Positions 1 to 9,643 of a DNA stretch of 43,735 nucleotides are shown one piece after another (position 1 is the first letter of the stretch; each line of letters starts with the position of its first letter). Made by a program: the position numbers and the translations under genes. Location of the stretch: positions 1-43,735 of the forward strand of contig DAOURL010000001.1 in the NCBI GenBank assembly GCA_030625165.1, given 5' to 3'. The stretch is from Methanosarcinales archaeon (GTDB lineage: Archaea; Halobacteriota; Methanosarcinia; Methanosarcinales; Methanogasteraceae). Under the pieces are notes generated by a model that ran no database searches, was not told the DNA's origin, and saw only the letters and a list, made by a program, of their open reading frames with translations.

Positions 1-193
1 ACGCCGATCAGCCCGTGGTGCAGCGAGTGTCCGATCAGCAGGCATTGCGGACGGGTTGGTGTTGCGAGGTCGAGGTAGTGGTCGAACCGGACAACCCAAT
101 GATTCAAGTTTTTTCTTGCAAAAACTGATTGCCCCCGGATCTTTTATCCCCTCGCCGATGCCCGGCACATTTTCACAACACCTGATCGCTCTT

Positions 194-475
194 GGCTCTT
201 TGACAATTCGCGTTGCAAGCACCTTGTAGATGAATCATGCCTGTGTGGCATTAAGTGCTTAGGGATGGCTGCGCCGATGCTGCGCATTCACGAATAAACG
301 AATTTCACGAATGCTAAACCGGAATAAATTCGTCCATTCGTGAAATTCGTGATAAAAACTGCCAGAAATAGACTAAATCCATGATAACCCCCTTGAAACC
401 AAAGCAGGGTGAGCTCTGGTAAATATCCGATATGACTGGTCATTTTTGCACTGCAACGCGAGATACCAAAGACCC
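194..475. mobile_element. MITE family A, copy 1 (~280 bp, non-autonomous)
   Basis: Highly similar to 2374-2665. Imperfect terminal inverted repeats GGCTCTTTGACAATTCGCGTTGCA...TGCAACGCGAGATACCAAAGACCC; internal perfect 16-bp inverted repeat 298-313/335-350; no target duplication visible. Confidence 0.75.
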
Positions 476-627
476 TGAAAATCTATTAGTAGAATCACGA
501 ACGAGCCCCAAACAATGGCAGTGGATTATGCAAAGATTAGTGTAGCCGAGATCATGTCTCCATAGCGACCTATCAGCAGATGCCATCAGGCACGGAAATA
601 CTGATCATCGCAGGCAGGTTTGTCTGG

Positions 628-1836
628 TTATAGATGATCGACTTCTGCCTCCCCAGATTTGAAGATCGCATACTTCGTCAGAGGTGGTGCGATGAGTTCG
701 TTTAGGATGGTTGATGCCAGTACCGCATTCAACATTAAAACTCCAAAAGTAGGAAATCGTATGGATGCCAGAAGAACAAGACCCACGGTAACCCCTGCTT
801 TTGGTAATAGCGCAAAACCAAGATATTTTTTCACGTTATCTGGTGCATGCGAAATCGTGGCACCCACTCTCGTTCCTGTGTATTTACCCAGACATCTGGC
901 TAAAACGATTAATAGTGCCAGTATACTAGCAAATTTCATCACGCTTAAATCAAAGTGCAATCCTGCCAGTACAAAAAACATTACATAGACCACGTTCTCG
1001 ATCTCTTCGATTACAAGAAACATCTCCCTTCTCTTCACCTTATTTACTATAATAAAGCCTGCAACCATATTAGCCAAGATTGATGAAAGCCCCAGATAAG
1101 TACTAACGCCGGTACACAGCATGATCATCCCGAAAACCACGACCAATAGCAATTCACGAGTTCTCGCAAGTCTGCTCATGTACATCAGGACAATGGCAAA
1201 GACGATACCAATCGATATCGACTCAGCTATATGTAAGAAAGGAACGCCAAGCATCTGGTAAAAGGAGATACTTCCAGCATTATTCACCAGTGGCTGGGAT
1301 ATGCCTGAAGCGATAGCGAAGGCTATAACCGCAATTGCGTCATCAAGCCCAACCACCGCGAGTAGCGTTGTGGTGAAGGGACCTTTCGCCCGGCATTCAC
1401 TGATTATCGCCATCGTTGCTGCCGGAGCAGTTGCGCATGATACCGCACCTATGATAAAAGCCATGGGAAAATAAGTCTGCCAGAACGTTTCGCCTGGAAT
1501 GATTAAACTACCCATGCTTGCTAAAACCAGGGTAACCAGAAACCACGCCCCCAGACTTTGAAAAAGTGTTATCCCGGTGATGCTTTTCGCTAACCTTTGT
1601 AAGTCTTCCCGGTGAAGACTGCCACCGATCAGATATGCGATGACCCCCAGAGCAACGTCAGTAATTATATTCAGCTCGCCTACTGTTTCTCTCGGTATTA
1701 TGTTCAGAAGGGAAGGGCTCAACAAGACGCCGATGATGATATAGCCAGTAATCATAGGGAATTTGAGTTTTCCCAATGCTAACCCACCGAGAAAGCCGAT
1801 AACTATTATTATTCCGACTACCAATATCAGGTTCAT
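628..1836 (-). CDS. Cation:proton antiporter (CPA2/KefB-like Na+/H+ exchanger family)
   Basis: Many hydrophobic helices; ATAPAAT and GLDDA motifs, FFVLAG, LLPKAGV. Start taken at ATG 1836 (alternative GTG 1887). Confidence 0.88.
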   Translation of the reverse strand: MNLILVVGIIIVIGFLGGLALGKLKFPMITGYIIIGVLLSPSLLNIIPRETVGELNIITDVALGVIAYLIGGSLHREDLQRLAKSITGITLFQSLGAWFLVTLVLASMGSLIIPGETFWQTYFPMAFIIGAVSCATAPAATMAIISECRAKGPFTTTLLAVVGLDDAIAVIAFAIASGISQPLVNNAGSISFYQMLGVPFLHIAESISIGIVFAIVLMYMSRLARTRELLLVVVFGMIMLCTGVSTYLGLSSILANMVAGFIIVNKVKRREMFLVIEEIENVVYVMFFVLAGLHFDLSVMKFASILALLIVLARCLGKYTGTRVGATISHAPDNVKKYLGFALLPKAGVTVGLVLLASIRFPTFGVLMLNAVLASTILNELIAPPLTKYAIFKSGEAEVDHL

Positions 1837-1855
1837 CGCTTTTAGGACCTTTGTT

Positions 1856-2323
1856 TTATCTTTGAGTGGAAGTTTTTGTGAAAGCACAAAATTTTCCTAT
1901 CAATTGGTGTAGCGTTATCTCTCCTATTATTTCATCGTTTTTCACCACTGGAATTCTCCTTATTCTATGACGCACCATTTTATTAAGCGCGTCTTCCACA
2001 TCTTCATCTGGTTCGCATCTTACCGGATTTCCGGACATGATCTGCTCTGCTTTTTCAAAGGTTTCATAATGTAAAGATTTTTTATCTGGTAATCCGAAGT
2101 ATGAAACTTTTTTTGTTGGAGAAAAAATATTTAAAATATCGTGTTCTGTTATTATTCCTACCAACTTTCTGCTTTCCTTGCTTTCAACAACCCAGACATG
2201 ATCGTCTACAGTCAGGATGGATAAAACGCGATCTATGCTCGCATCTTTCTCTATCAGGGGCATATCCCATATCCCCTTATCCATGATATCCTTCGCAGGG
2301 ATCTCATAAAATTCTGGTATCAA
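1856..2323 (-). CDS. CBS-domain pair protein (probable antiporter regulatory partner)
   Basis: Two CBS repeats (LVGIITEHDIL; IRRIPVV..IIGEIT); TTG start preceded by AGGAGG. Confidence 0.85.
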   Translation of the reverse strand: MIPEFYEIPAKDIMDKGIWDMPLIEKDASIDRVLSILTVDDHVWVVESKESRKLVGIITEHDILNIFSPTKKVSYFGLPDKKSLHYETFEKAEQIMSGNPVRCEPDEDVEDALNKMVRHRIRRIPVVKNDEIIGEITLHQLIGKFCAFTKTSTQR

Positions 2324-2373
2324 CTTTTTCCCTCCTTCTTCTCCTCTTTTGTTCCAATGCTCTTGAATTTTTT

Positions 2374-2665
2374 GGGCTCTCTGGTAATTCGCGTTGCAAG
2401 TGTCTCGTAGATGAATTGTGCTGGTGTGATATTAAGTGCTTAGGGATGGCTGCGCCGATGCTGCGCATTCACGAATAAACGAATTTCACGAATGCTAAAC
2501 CGGAATAAATTTATGTCATTCGTCCATTCGTGAAATTCGTGATAAAAACTGCCAGAAATAGACTAAATTTATGATAAACCCCTCGAAACCAAAATAGGGT
2601 GAGCTCTGGTAAATAGCCGATATGACGGGTCATTTTTGCACTACAACGCGAGATACCAAAGACCC
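2374..2665. mobile_element. MITE family A, copy 2, with 8-bp target duplication
   Basis: Terminal inverted repeats match at 20 of 24 positions; AATTTTTT at both 2366-2373 and 2666-2673; same orientation as copy 1. Confidence 0.8.
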
Positions 2666-2693
2666 AATTTTTTCTCAGTGATCCATCCCCTTT

Positions 2694-2965
2694 TTATGGA
2701 CATGGCCAAAAACTTTTTGTTTTCTCGCCGATATCTTTTTGGCATAAGAAGTTTTCATCCCCCTGCATCCACATCACGAACAGGTGAGGTGTGATGAACG
2801 TCTCGATCACGGCTGCGACGAACAAGATTGGAAGAATCCATCTGAAATAGAAGGATATCGACCACTTAAGCGTGGATAGAATCTCTTCAGTGGATATCTT
2901 ACCGCTTATCCGGAGCAGCAGCAGCATTCCAATACGCATTCAGAGAGCAGCGCTCAAAAAGATCA
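2694..2965 (-). pseudogene. 3' fragment of a SpoIIM/DUF95-like membrane protein
   Basis: Reads IFLSAAL*MRIG...ILPILFVAAVIETFITPHL, typical of the SpoIIM C-terminus; internal TGA; no N-terminus. Confidence 0.6.
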
Positions 2966-3735
2966 TCGGAAGTTCGATGATGCTCGCATCCGCCATCCTC
3001 GATGACCTGATCGGGACATTCATGCTCTCGGTGGTGATCTCCATAGCTTCCAATCAGCAGATGCCAGCAGGCATGGAGGTACTGGTTATAGCAGGTAAGA
3101 TGATCGGCTTCATAGCCATCATGGCAGTCCTCGGGCGTGTGGTCTTCCCGGTGCTGTTTACGTACATACACCGGATGCGCGTGAAGGAGTCGATCTTTGC
3201 GTTTGTGGTCATGATCGCGCTATTCTCTGCATACCTTGCCGAGGCATTCGGTCTACATGCGGTGATCGGGGCATTCATCGGCGGAGCCTGTCTGTCGAGT
3301 GTGCCGCTCGCAAAGATCGAGGATGTGCAGAGCAAGGTTTCCGGCATCGCTTACGGGATATTCATACCGATCTTCTTTGCGTTCATCGGGCTATCTGTCG
3401 ATCCGGCTGCGATACAGGCGGCAGGAATGTTCGCACTCCTCGTAATCGTGATGGCGCTCTCAGGAAAACTGATCGGAGGATTCATAGGATCGAGGATCGC
3501 GGGTTTCGACTCTTACGACAGTCTGATCTTCGGTGTCGGTGTGATGCCGAGGGCAGGCATCGAACTTGTGGTGATATCGGCTGGCAGGAGTATGGGCATC
3601 ATAGGGGATGAGATATTCTCTGCGATCGTTCTGATGGTTGCGGTCTCGGTTATCGTCTCTCCTGTGCTGCTTAAATTCGCAATCAAGATGAAGGAGACGC
3701 ACATCACCCCGGAACCCACAGCACGACAGGCGTGA
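2965..3735 (+). pseudogene. 5'-truncated CPA2 cation:proton antiporter
   Basis: Starts mid-protein at ASAILDDLIG; contains HAVIGAFIGG, PIFFAFIG, GVMPRAG; N-terminal helices missing. Confidence 0.75.
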
Positions 3736-3985
3736 TGAACGAGATCATGCAGCAGTGCGTACCGAGCGGAGGGGGCATGGATGTGTCTGGGTGGACACGC
3801 ACTACAATTAGAGTGATCCGGAGTTTCGGGATGAATTCGGCGAATCTCTCAAATTTGCGGTTAATGCTGTTGCAGAGGTCCTGCACACGCTCTACATCGA
3901 AGCACACCGAGAGCGGAGCGGCGGCATCAATGGAGATGGTCGGATTACAACGGTGGATGCAGTTATCGCACTCTACTTAAATTAG
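3734..3985 (+). pseudogene. Remnant of a dockerin-containing protein
   Basis: Frame starting at 3734 ends in GINGDGRITTVDAVIAL (type I dockerin-like Ca-binding repeat, 3926-3973); internal TAG at 3809-3811; no start. Confidence 0.45.
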
Positions 3986-4151
3986 GGGTTTAGTGACTTC
4001 GGGAGACGGGCACGATGCTTTCTCATGTGTTGGGGGTCGGGTGTGAGTCTGATGATCGGAAGGGTTTTGTGAGGTGAAGCGGACATCGAATACAAGCCAT
4101 AGGTGGTGTATTTTTGAAAAAGAATAGTCGTAATGTTTGCATCCACAAAAC

Positions 4152-4170
4152 ACAAACCTTTATATATATG
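4152..4170 (+). promoter_or_regulatory. Archaeal BRE/TATA promoter upstream of the GNAT operon
   Basis: ACAAACC-TTTATATATA about 90 bp upstream of ATG 4261. Confidence 0.5.
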
Positions 4171-4260
4171 GTTGCTTACTAACTAACTATTCAGCATATT
4201 CCTGTGATATATTCCTGCGAAAGGGATATAGGCACAGGAGATGAACATAGGAGGAATAAC

Positions 4261-4407
4261 ATGGCAGAACCGATTCGACTTGGCTTAGTTCTCGAAGGCG
4301 ATGACGCTCGTGAGTTCTGGGAGAATATGGAAAACCCGAGAGTCACAAAAGAACAAGTAGAATTCTTTAAAGATGCGATTAGACTATATAAAAAGCACCC
4401 ATTCTAA
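4261..4407 (+). CDS. 48-aa putative antitoxin (resembles the DUF1778/TacA C-terminal region)
   Basis: AGGAGG RBS before the ATG; LVLEGDDAREFWENMENP motif; ends 3 nt before the GNAT gene. Confidence 0.6.
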   Translation: MAEPIRLGLVLEGDDAREFWENMENPRVTKEQVEFFKDAIRLYKKHPF

Positions 4408-4410
4408 TTT

Positions 4411-4983
4411 ATGCATCAGCGATTTCCACATGATGAGTTAAGGGTAATTCTATATGCACAACATCATTATATAAGTCGTGACATATCGCGGTTTGAATCA
4501 GACTCGCCTGAATTAAACGCTTTTCTAAAAGAAGATGCGCTTAAAAACCAAACGGAACTCGTTAGCAAAACATACCTTTGTTATCATTTCAATAAATTGA
4601 TTGGATACATAACTTTCGCCACTGATATTCTTAAAGCAGAAGAAATGCTAAAGGAAACACGTATCGAAGGTATTCCGTATAAAGAATATCCTGCAATAAA
4701 AATTGCTCGATTGGCGACAGATAGGAGGTATGAGAGGATGGGAGTTGGAACATTCTTATTGAAAGTCGCTGTAGGCAAGGCGTATGATATATCAGACAGA
4801 GTCGGATGCCGTTTCATAACGGTTGATTCAAAACAAAAATCGATAGGATTTTACAAAAAATCAGGTGGTTTTAAGTTGGTCACTGGGCATGAAAAAAAGA
4901 CCTATCCGACAATGTATCTTGACATAATACCAGTAATCAAAGAACTGAAACCAACATCTACAGAACTTGACGATTTTTCATAA
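4411..4983 (+). CDS. GNAT N-acetyltransferase, TacT/AtaT-like putative toxin
   Basis: LNAFLKEDA, YPAIKIARLATD, RMGVGTFLL, GCRFITVD and GFY motifs typical of GNAT toxins. Confidence 0.82.
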   Translation: MHQRFPHDELRVILYAQHHYISRDISRFESDSPELNAFLKEDALKNQTELVSKTYLCYHFNKLIGYITFATDILKAEEMLKETRIEGIPYKEYPAIKIARLATDRRYERMGVGTFLLKVAVGKAYDISDRVGCRFITVDSKQKSIGFYKKSGGFKLVTGHEKKTYPTMYLDIIPVIKELKPTSTELDDFS

Positions 4984-5120
4984 CTCTGATTAACCCGCAC
5001 CCGTACAGAATCGTGAACAAAACATATATCTGCCACCAAATCTGCCAACGCCGCCACACTTTTGTCCGCGCTTGTCATGATCACATATACGCGACCCCCT
5101 TCATGATGCCCCGCAATTTA

Positions 5121-5227
5121 GAGGCGGTCCCACAATTCAAAATCACAACAAAAAGAAGCACGGACAGGATGTTATATCGAAAAACAAGCATCCGATTTCG
5201 CGAAATATCCAATTATGGGACAGACTC
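5121..5227. mobile_element. MITE family B (107 bp)
   Basis: Terminal inverted repeats GAGGCGGTCCCACAATT / AATTATGGGACAGACTC (14 of 17 match), flanked by a TTTA duplication (5117-5120, 5228-5231). Confidence 0.65.
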
Positions 5228-5375
5228 TTTATTGCGGGGTAGTTGACGTTCCCACCAACCGCCGTAGCCCCACAAACACACAGCCGCGGTAGACACTCGG
5301 GCATCCACCTCTGAAAAAACAAGAACCGGACGGCGACACCACCTGCCGCCGCCCGCGATACCGTAATTTTCGCGC

Positions 5376-5786
5376 CTATTCCGCCCGAAGCGGACTCGGT
5401 CCAAGCGCCCTGATCTGCTCGACAAACTCGGTGACAGTCTCCTTAAACTTCGGTCCTTCGCTTGCAGAGACCCATTCAAGATGCACCCTGCCCTCGAGTC
5501 CGAGAAGCTTCATCGCATCGACTACGTTTCCCATCCGCTCCTCGGTGTAGACATTGCCGTCGATGTAATGGCAGTCGCCGATGTGGCATCCTGTGACCAG
5601 AACACCGTCCGCACCGTCTTTTAATGCCTGCAGGATGAACGTGGGCTGTATCCTGCTTGAGCACATCACGCGTATGACCCGTGTGTTTGTCGGGTACTGT
5701 AGCCTGCCAACACCGGCAAGGTCTGCTCCTGCGTACGAACACCAGTTGCAGCAGAACATCACAATCTTTGGTTCGAATACAACCAT
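5376..5786 (-). CDS. mvhD: Hydrogenase iron-sulfur subunit D (MvhD), copy 1
   Basis: FCCNWCSYAGAD, RVMCSSR, GCHIGDCHY, WVSASEG motifs. Confidence 0.92.
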   Translation of the reverse strand: MVVFEPKIVMFCCNWCSYAGADLAGVGRLQYPTNTRVIRVMCSSRIQPTFILQALKDGADGVLVTGCHIGDCHYIDGNVYTEERMGNVVDAMKLLGLEGRVHLEWVSASEGPKFKETVTEFVEQIRALGPSPLRAE

Positions 5787-7493
5787 TTACGCCACCTCCT
5801 CAATGCTGCCATCAGTAAATGCAAATGCGTCGATCACGGCTGATATCTGTTTTGTTGTGAAGTGCCGTGATGTGATCGCACTTGTCGGACATTCGGCTGC
5901 ACAGGATCCGCAGCCCTTGCAGATCGCAGGATCGATTTCGCTCTTGCGGGTCATGTATGTGATCTCTTCGGTCACAATCTCGACCTCTTTGAGTTCAGGT
6001 GCGCCGTACGGATATACCTCAACACACCTGCCGCAGCCGATGCAGACGTCCTCGTCCACAACCGAGATGACACCGCTCGTCTCAAGCTGTTCCTTCGCAA
6101 GGATCGAACATGCGCGTGATGCGGCAGCCGATGCCTGTGAGATCGATTCGTCCACGAGCTTTGGTGCCTGAGCACTTCCTGCGAGGAATACGCCATCGGT
6201 TGCAAAGTCAACCGGTCGCAGCTTGATGTGCGCCTCGAGGAAGAACTTGTTGGAATCAACAGGCACCTTAAAGAGCATTGCAGTGTCCTCTGCGCCTTCC
6301 GGTGCAACAAGCGGCGCACTCAGGACGACTATGTCTGTTGCAATCTCGAACTTCGTGTCGTTTAAGAGTTTGTCCGTGATTGTCACGGTTCCATCCGCAA
6401 CGACCGGCTCGTCGTCTTCGGTGTAGCGCATGAATAGTACGCCGAGTTCACGTGCACGGGTGTAGAGTTCCTCCCAGACGCCGTACGTCCTGATGTCACG
6501 GTAGAGGACGTAGATATTCCGTTCGGGGTCCTCTTCTTTGAGCCGGATTGCGTTCTTCATCGCTGTTGTGCAGCAGACCCGTGAGCAGTACGGCATCTCG
6601 TCGTTTCTGCCGCCGGCACACTGGATCATCACAACATTCGCAGCATCAACGGTTCCTTCGTCGAGTTTTACCTCAAGCGCAGACTGCGTGATCACGTTAT
6701 CGCTTCCGTATCCGAAGTATCCCTCTGGTTCGAACTCGTTTGCGCCGGTTGCGATTATTGCGCTCCCGAACTCAATCTCTTCGCCGTTTGAGAGTTTCCC
6801 TTTGAAGCGACCCATCGCACCCTCGACCTCGTCAAGCGTTGTGCCTGTGTAGACTGTGAGATTCGGATTACTATTTACAGCCGCAATCATCGGGTCAAGA
6901 ATTTCGCTCGTCGTTCTTCCGTCCTGCAGCCGCGTAAACGTCCGGAGAAGACCGCCGAGTTCTGGCTCCCTCTCAATGAGGTATGTCGTAAAGCCCTTCT
7001 CAGCAATATCGAGTGCTGCGGTCATGCCTGCAACACCGCCGCCGATCACAACTCCTCCGTGATTGAAGTCAAGCTTCTGGGTATAGAGCGGGTCGAGAAG
7101 TGCAACCCGTGCAACGCTCATCCTGACGATGTCCTTTGCCTTCTCGGTAGCCAGTTCCGGCTCCTGCTGGTGCACCCACGAGCAGTGCTCCCTGATGTTT
7201 GCAAGCTCGAATAAGTACGGGTTCAATCCCGCATCCCTGCACGTGTCCTGGAAGAGTGGTTCGTGCGTTCTCGGGGTACACGAGGCTACAACGACCCTGT
7301 TTAAGTTGTGTTCCTTGATTACATCCTTTATGTTGTCGAGCGAGTCTGTTGAGCACGCATAAGTCTGCTCGTAGGCATGAACCACATGAGGCAGGGTATT
7401 TACGTACTCTACGACCGCGGGCACATCTACAACGGATGCGATGTTGATTCCGCAGTCGCAGACCACGACCCCGATTTGCGGCTCCTCTGCTGC
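5787..7493 (-). pseudogene. hdrA: 5'-truncated HdrA (C-terminal half of a long HdrA)
   Basis: Begins *AAEEPQIGVVVCDCG with no start codon; closely resembles the C-half of 20597-23719; ferredoxin motif has Cys>Tyr (CVEVYP, 6012-6014). Confidence 0.75.
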
Positions 7494-7627
7494 TTATGGA
7501 AAGGCTCAATACATTTGCCCTTTCTTTGCCAAATGAAATGGGGTACGATCTATTGACCCATTCCAGTTAGGGTTATATCGTGACTTCATCCCCGCTACAA
7601 GTAGCGGGGTCTTCTGCCGCGGAGAGT
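7494..7627 (-). mobile_element. IS200/IS605-family end remnant (probably a left end)
   Basis: Perfect 9-bp hairpin CCCCGCTAC-TT-GTAGCGGGG on the minus strand, preceded by AAGA, with TTAT (7628-7631) about 18-20 nt upstream; no transposase ORF. Confidence 0.5.
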
Positions 7628-7860
7628 ATAAACCTGCGGTACTTGAGGTGCTTGTGTACTTAGAGTCCCACTCAAGTGCTTAACAGTACCGAGGAGGTTA
7701 AACATCTCAGGGATGGTTATCCGGAAGACTTGAAATGGTAAACGATGCAATGATCCTTTCCACATACTTTCATGGAGGAAACAGTTCCCATGAAAAGTGA
7801 CTTCATTGGAGCGATGGATGTTTTGAGGTGATTTCTTCCGATTCTTCTGGTGTGGGAGGT

Positions 7861-9417
7861 TTATGGTGTGGTCGTGTGTACCAGCACCGCATCAATGATA
7901 CCATCGACCTCTCGAATCTCTTCAAGCACCTGATGAGGGATATCCGAATCAACGCTCATAATCATGATCGCCGTGCCATCTGCGCAACTGACCTGCATCG
8001 CTGATATATTGATGTCATCCCTGCCAAGGATCGTGCAGCAGGGACCTATTACGTTTGGACGGTTCTGATGCCGTGAGACGATCATATATCTGGACGGAAA
8101 AATATCGACATCGCATCCATCGATTCCGATTATTCTCATGCGATCGTTTTCAAATACACTTGTTACAGATCTTACAACAGTACCTTTCAGACGTATGGTA
8201 ATCGATTGGGATCTTTCTGCAACAATCGCTTTACTCTCTTTAATTTTTATTTTTCGTTCCTTTGCAAGTTCCGGTGCATTCACATAGTTCACACCAGAGC
8301 CAAGCAATGTTGCAAGCACACCTTTCAGCGCTGCATGTGTGATCATCCTGATATCGGTGTCAAATAACCTGCCTGCATACTCGATCTCAATCACATCGAA
8401 ATCCTGAACGATCTGGGCGCACAGGCTGCCCGTGCTCTCTGCGACGCTCCGCATAGCGTCCATCACACCCGGTCTGACAGACGGCAGATTGATCGCATTC
8501 TGCACGATCTCACCATGCAGAGCAGCGAGCACCTGCCCGGCAATGGAAACAGATACCGCAGTCTGCGCTTCGATCGTGGATGCACCGAGATGCGGGGTTA
8601 CAATCACCGAATCCGATTCGAGCAGCGGACTGCCTGATGGGGGCTCGCATGCAAACACATCGAGTGCTGCGCCAGAGACGCGACCATCGTTGATCGCACG
8701 AATGAGAGCATCTTCATTGATGATGCCACCGCGTGCACAGTTGATGATACGAACACCGTTCTTCATGATTGCAAACTGGGGATCGCTGATCAGATTACGG
8801 GTGCCACTGGTCAGTGGTGTGTGTATCGTGATGTAATCAGAATTTTTCAGCACGCTATCAAGATTTTTAAGTTCAATTCCGAGTTCTTTTGCACGCTGAT
8901 CTGATATGAATGGATCATACGCAATTATATTCATCCCAAAGTGATGTGCACGCTTTGCAACCTCGATACCAATCCTTCCGAGTCCTATGATGCCGAGCGT
9001 TTTTTCCTTTACTTCATTTCCAATGAATCGCTCCGTATCCCATCGGTTCGCTTTCAATGATGCATCTGCCTGCGGTATATTTCTCGACAGCGCGAGCATC
9101 ATTGCAATGGTGTGTTCAGATGTTGAAACTATGTTCTCTTCAGGTGTGTTTGCCACAATGATGCCGCGTTTTGTTGCAGCTGGTACATCGATATGATCGA
9201 CGCCGACTCCAGCCATGCCAATGATTTTAAGGCGTTTTCCAGACTCTATAACATCTTCTGTCACCTTTGTATCGCTTCTGACAATCAGTCCATCGTAGTC
9301 ACCGATGATGTCCAGGAGTTCATTCTCTGTGAGATTCGTTCGTATATGGACCTCGTGCTCTGCTCGAAGAATTTCTATGCCCTGTTCCGCAATGAAATCG
9401 GTTATAAGAATTTTCAT
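7861..9417 (-). CDS. serA: D-3-phosphoglycerate dehydrogenase
   Basis: GIIGLGRIG, INCARGG, TPHLGAST, C-terminal ACT domain; GGAGG RBS before ATG 9417. Confidence 0.93.
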   Translation of the reverse strand: MKILITDFIAEQGIEILRAEHEVHIRTNLTENELLDIIGDYDGLIVRSDTKVTEDVIESGKRLKIIGMAGVGVDHIDVPAATKRGIIVANTPEENIVSTSEHTIAMMLALSRNIPQADASLKANRWDTERFIGNEVKEKTLGIIGLGRIGIEVAKRAHHFGMNIIAYDPFISDQRAKELGIELKNLDSVLKNSDYITIHTPLTSGTRNLISDPQFAIMKNGVRIINCARGGIINEDALIRAINDGRVSGAALDVFACEPPSGSPLLESDSVIVTPHLGASTIEAQTAVSVSIAGQVLAALHGEIVQNAINLPSVRPGVMDAMRSVAESTGSLCAQIVQDFDVIEIEYAGRLFDTDIRMITHAALKGVLATLLGSGVNYVNAPELAKERKIKIKESKAIVAERSQSITIRLKGTVVRSVTSVFENDRMRIIGIDGCDVDIFPSRYMIVSRHQNRPNVIGPCCTILGRDDINISAMQVSCADGTAIMIMSVDSDIPHQVLEEIREVDGIIDAVLVHTTTP

Positions 9418-9643
9418 ACATGATCCTCCCATGCCTATGAATGTTTCTCTGATTTCATGATTTAAAGAACTGATGCATGAATGTTTCTCTCATCGGCAAA
9501 TTTATAACACAGAAAGTTTCAATGAAAGCGATAACTTTACTATACCATACCCTTATGTGTCATCAAATGCTGAAACGAACCATGTGCATCATGCACGATA
9601 TGTACATGGTGCAAACAGCACTGATCGTTACAGAGGTATCAAC

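Noticed and set aside
184..196. GATCGCTCTTGGC matches part of the 52-bp element
   Set aside because: Only 13 bp, three of them from the MITE end; the rest of the element is absent.
194..2673. Composite transposon of two MITE A copies carrying the CBS and antiporter genes
   Set aside because: Copy 2 has its own duplication on both sides and the outer flanks do not match, so independent insertions are more likely.
9473..9643. 57-aa N-terminal extension of MvhD copy 2
   Set aside because: Homology and the RBS start at ATG 9644; the upstream part is promoter/leader sequence.
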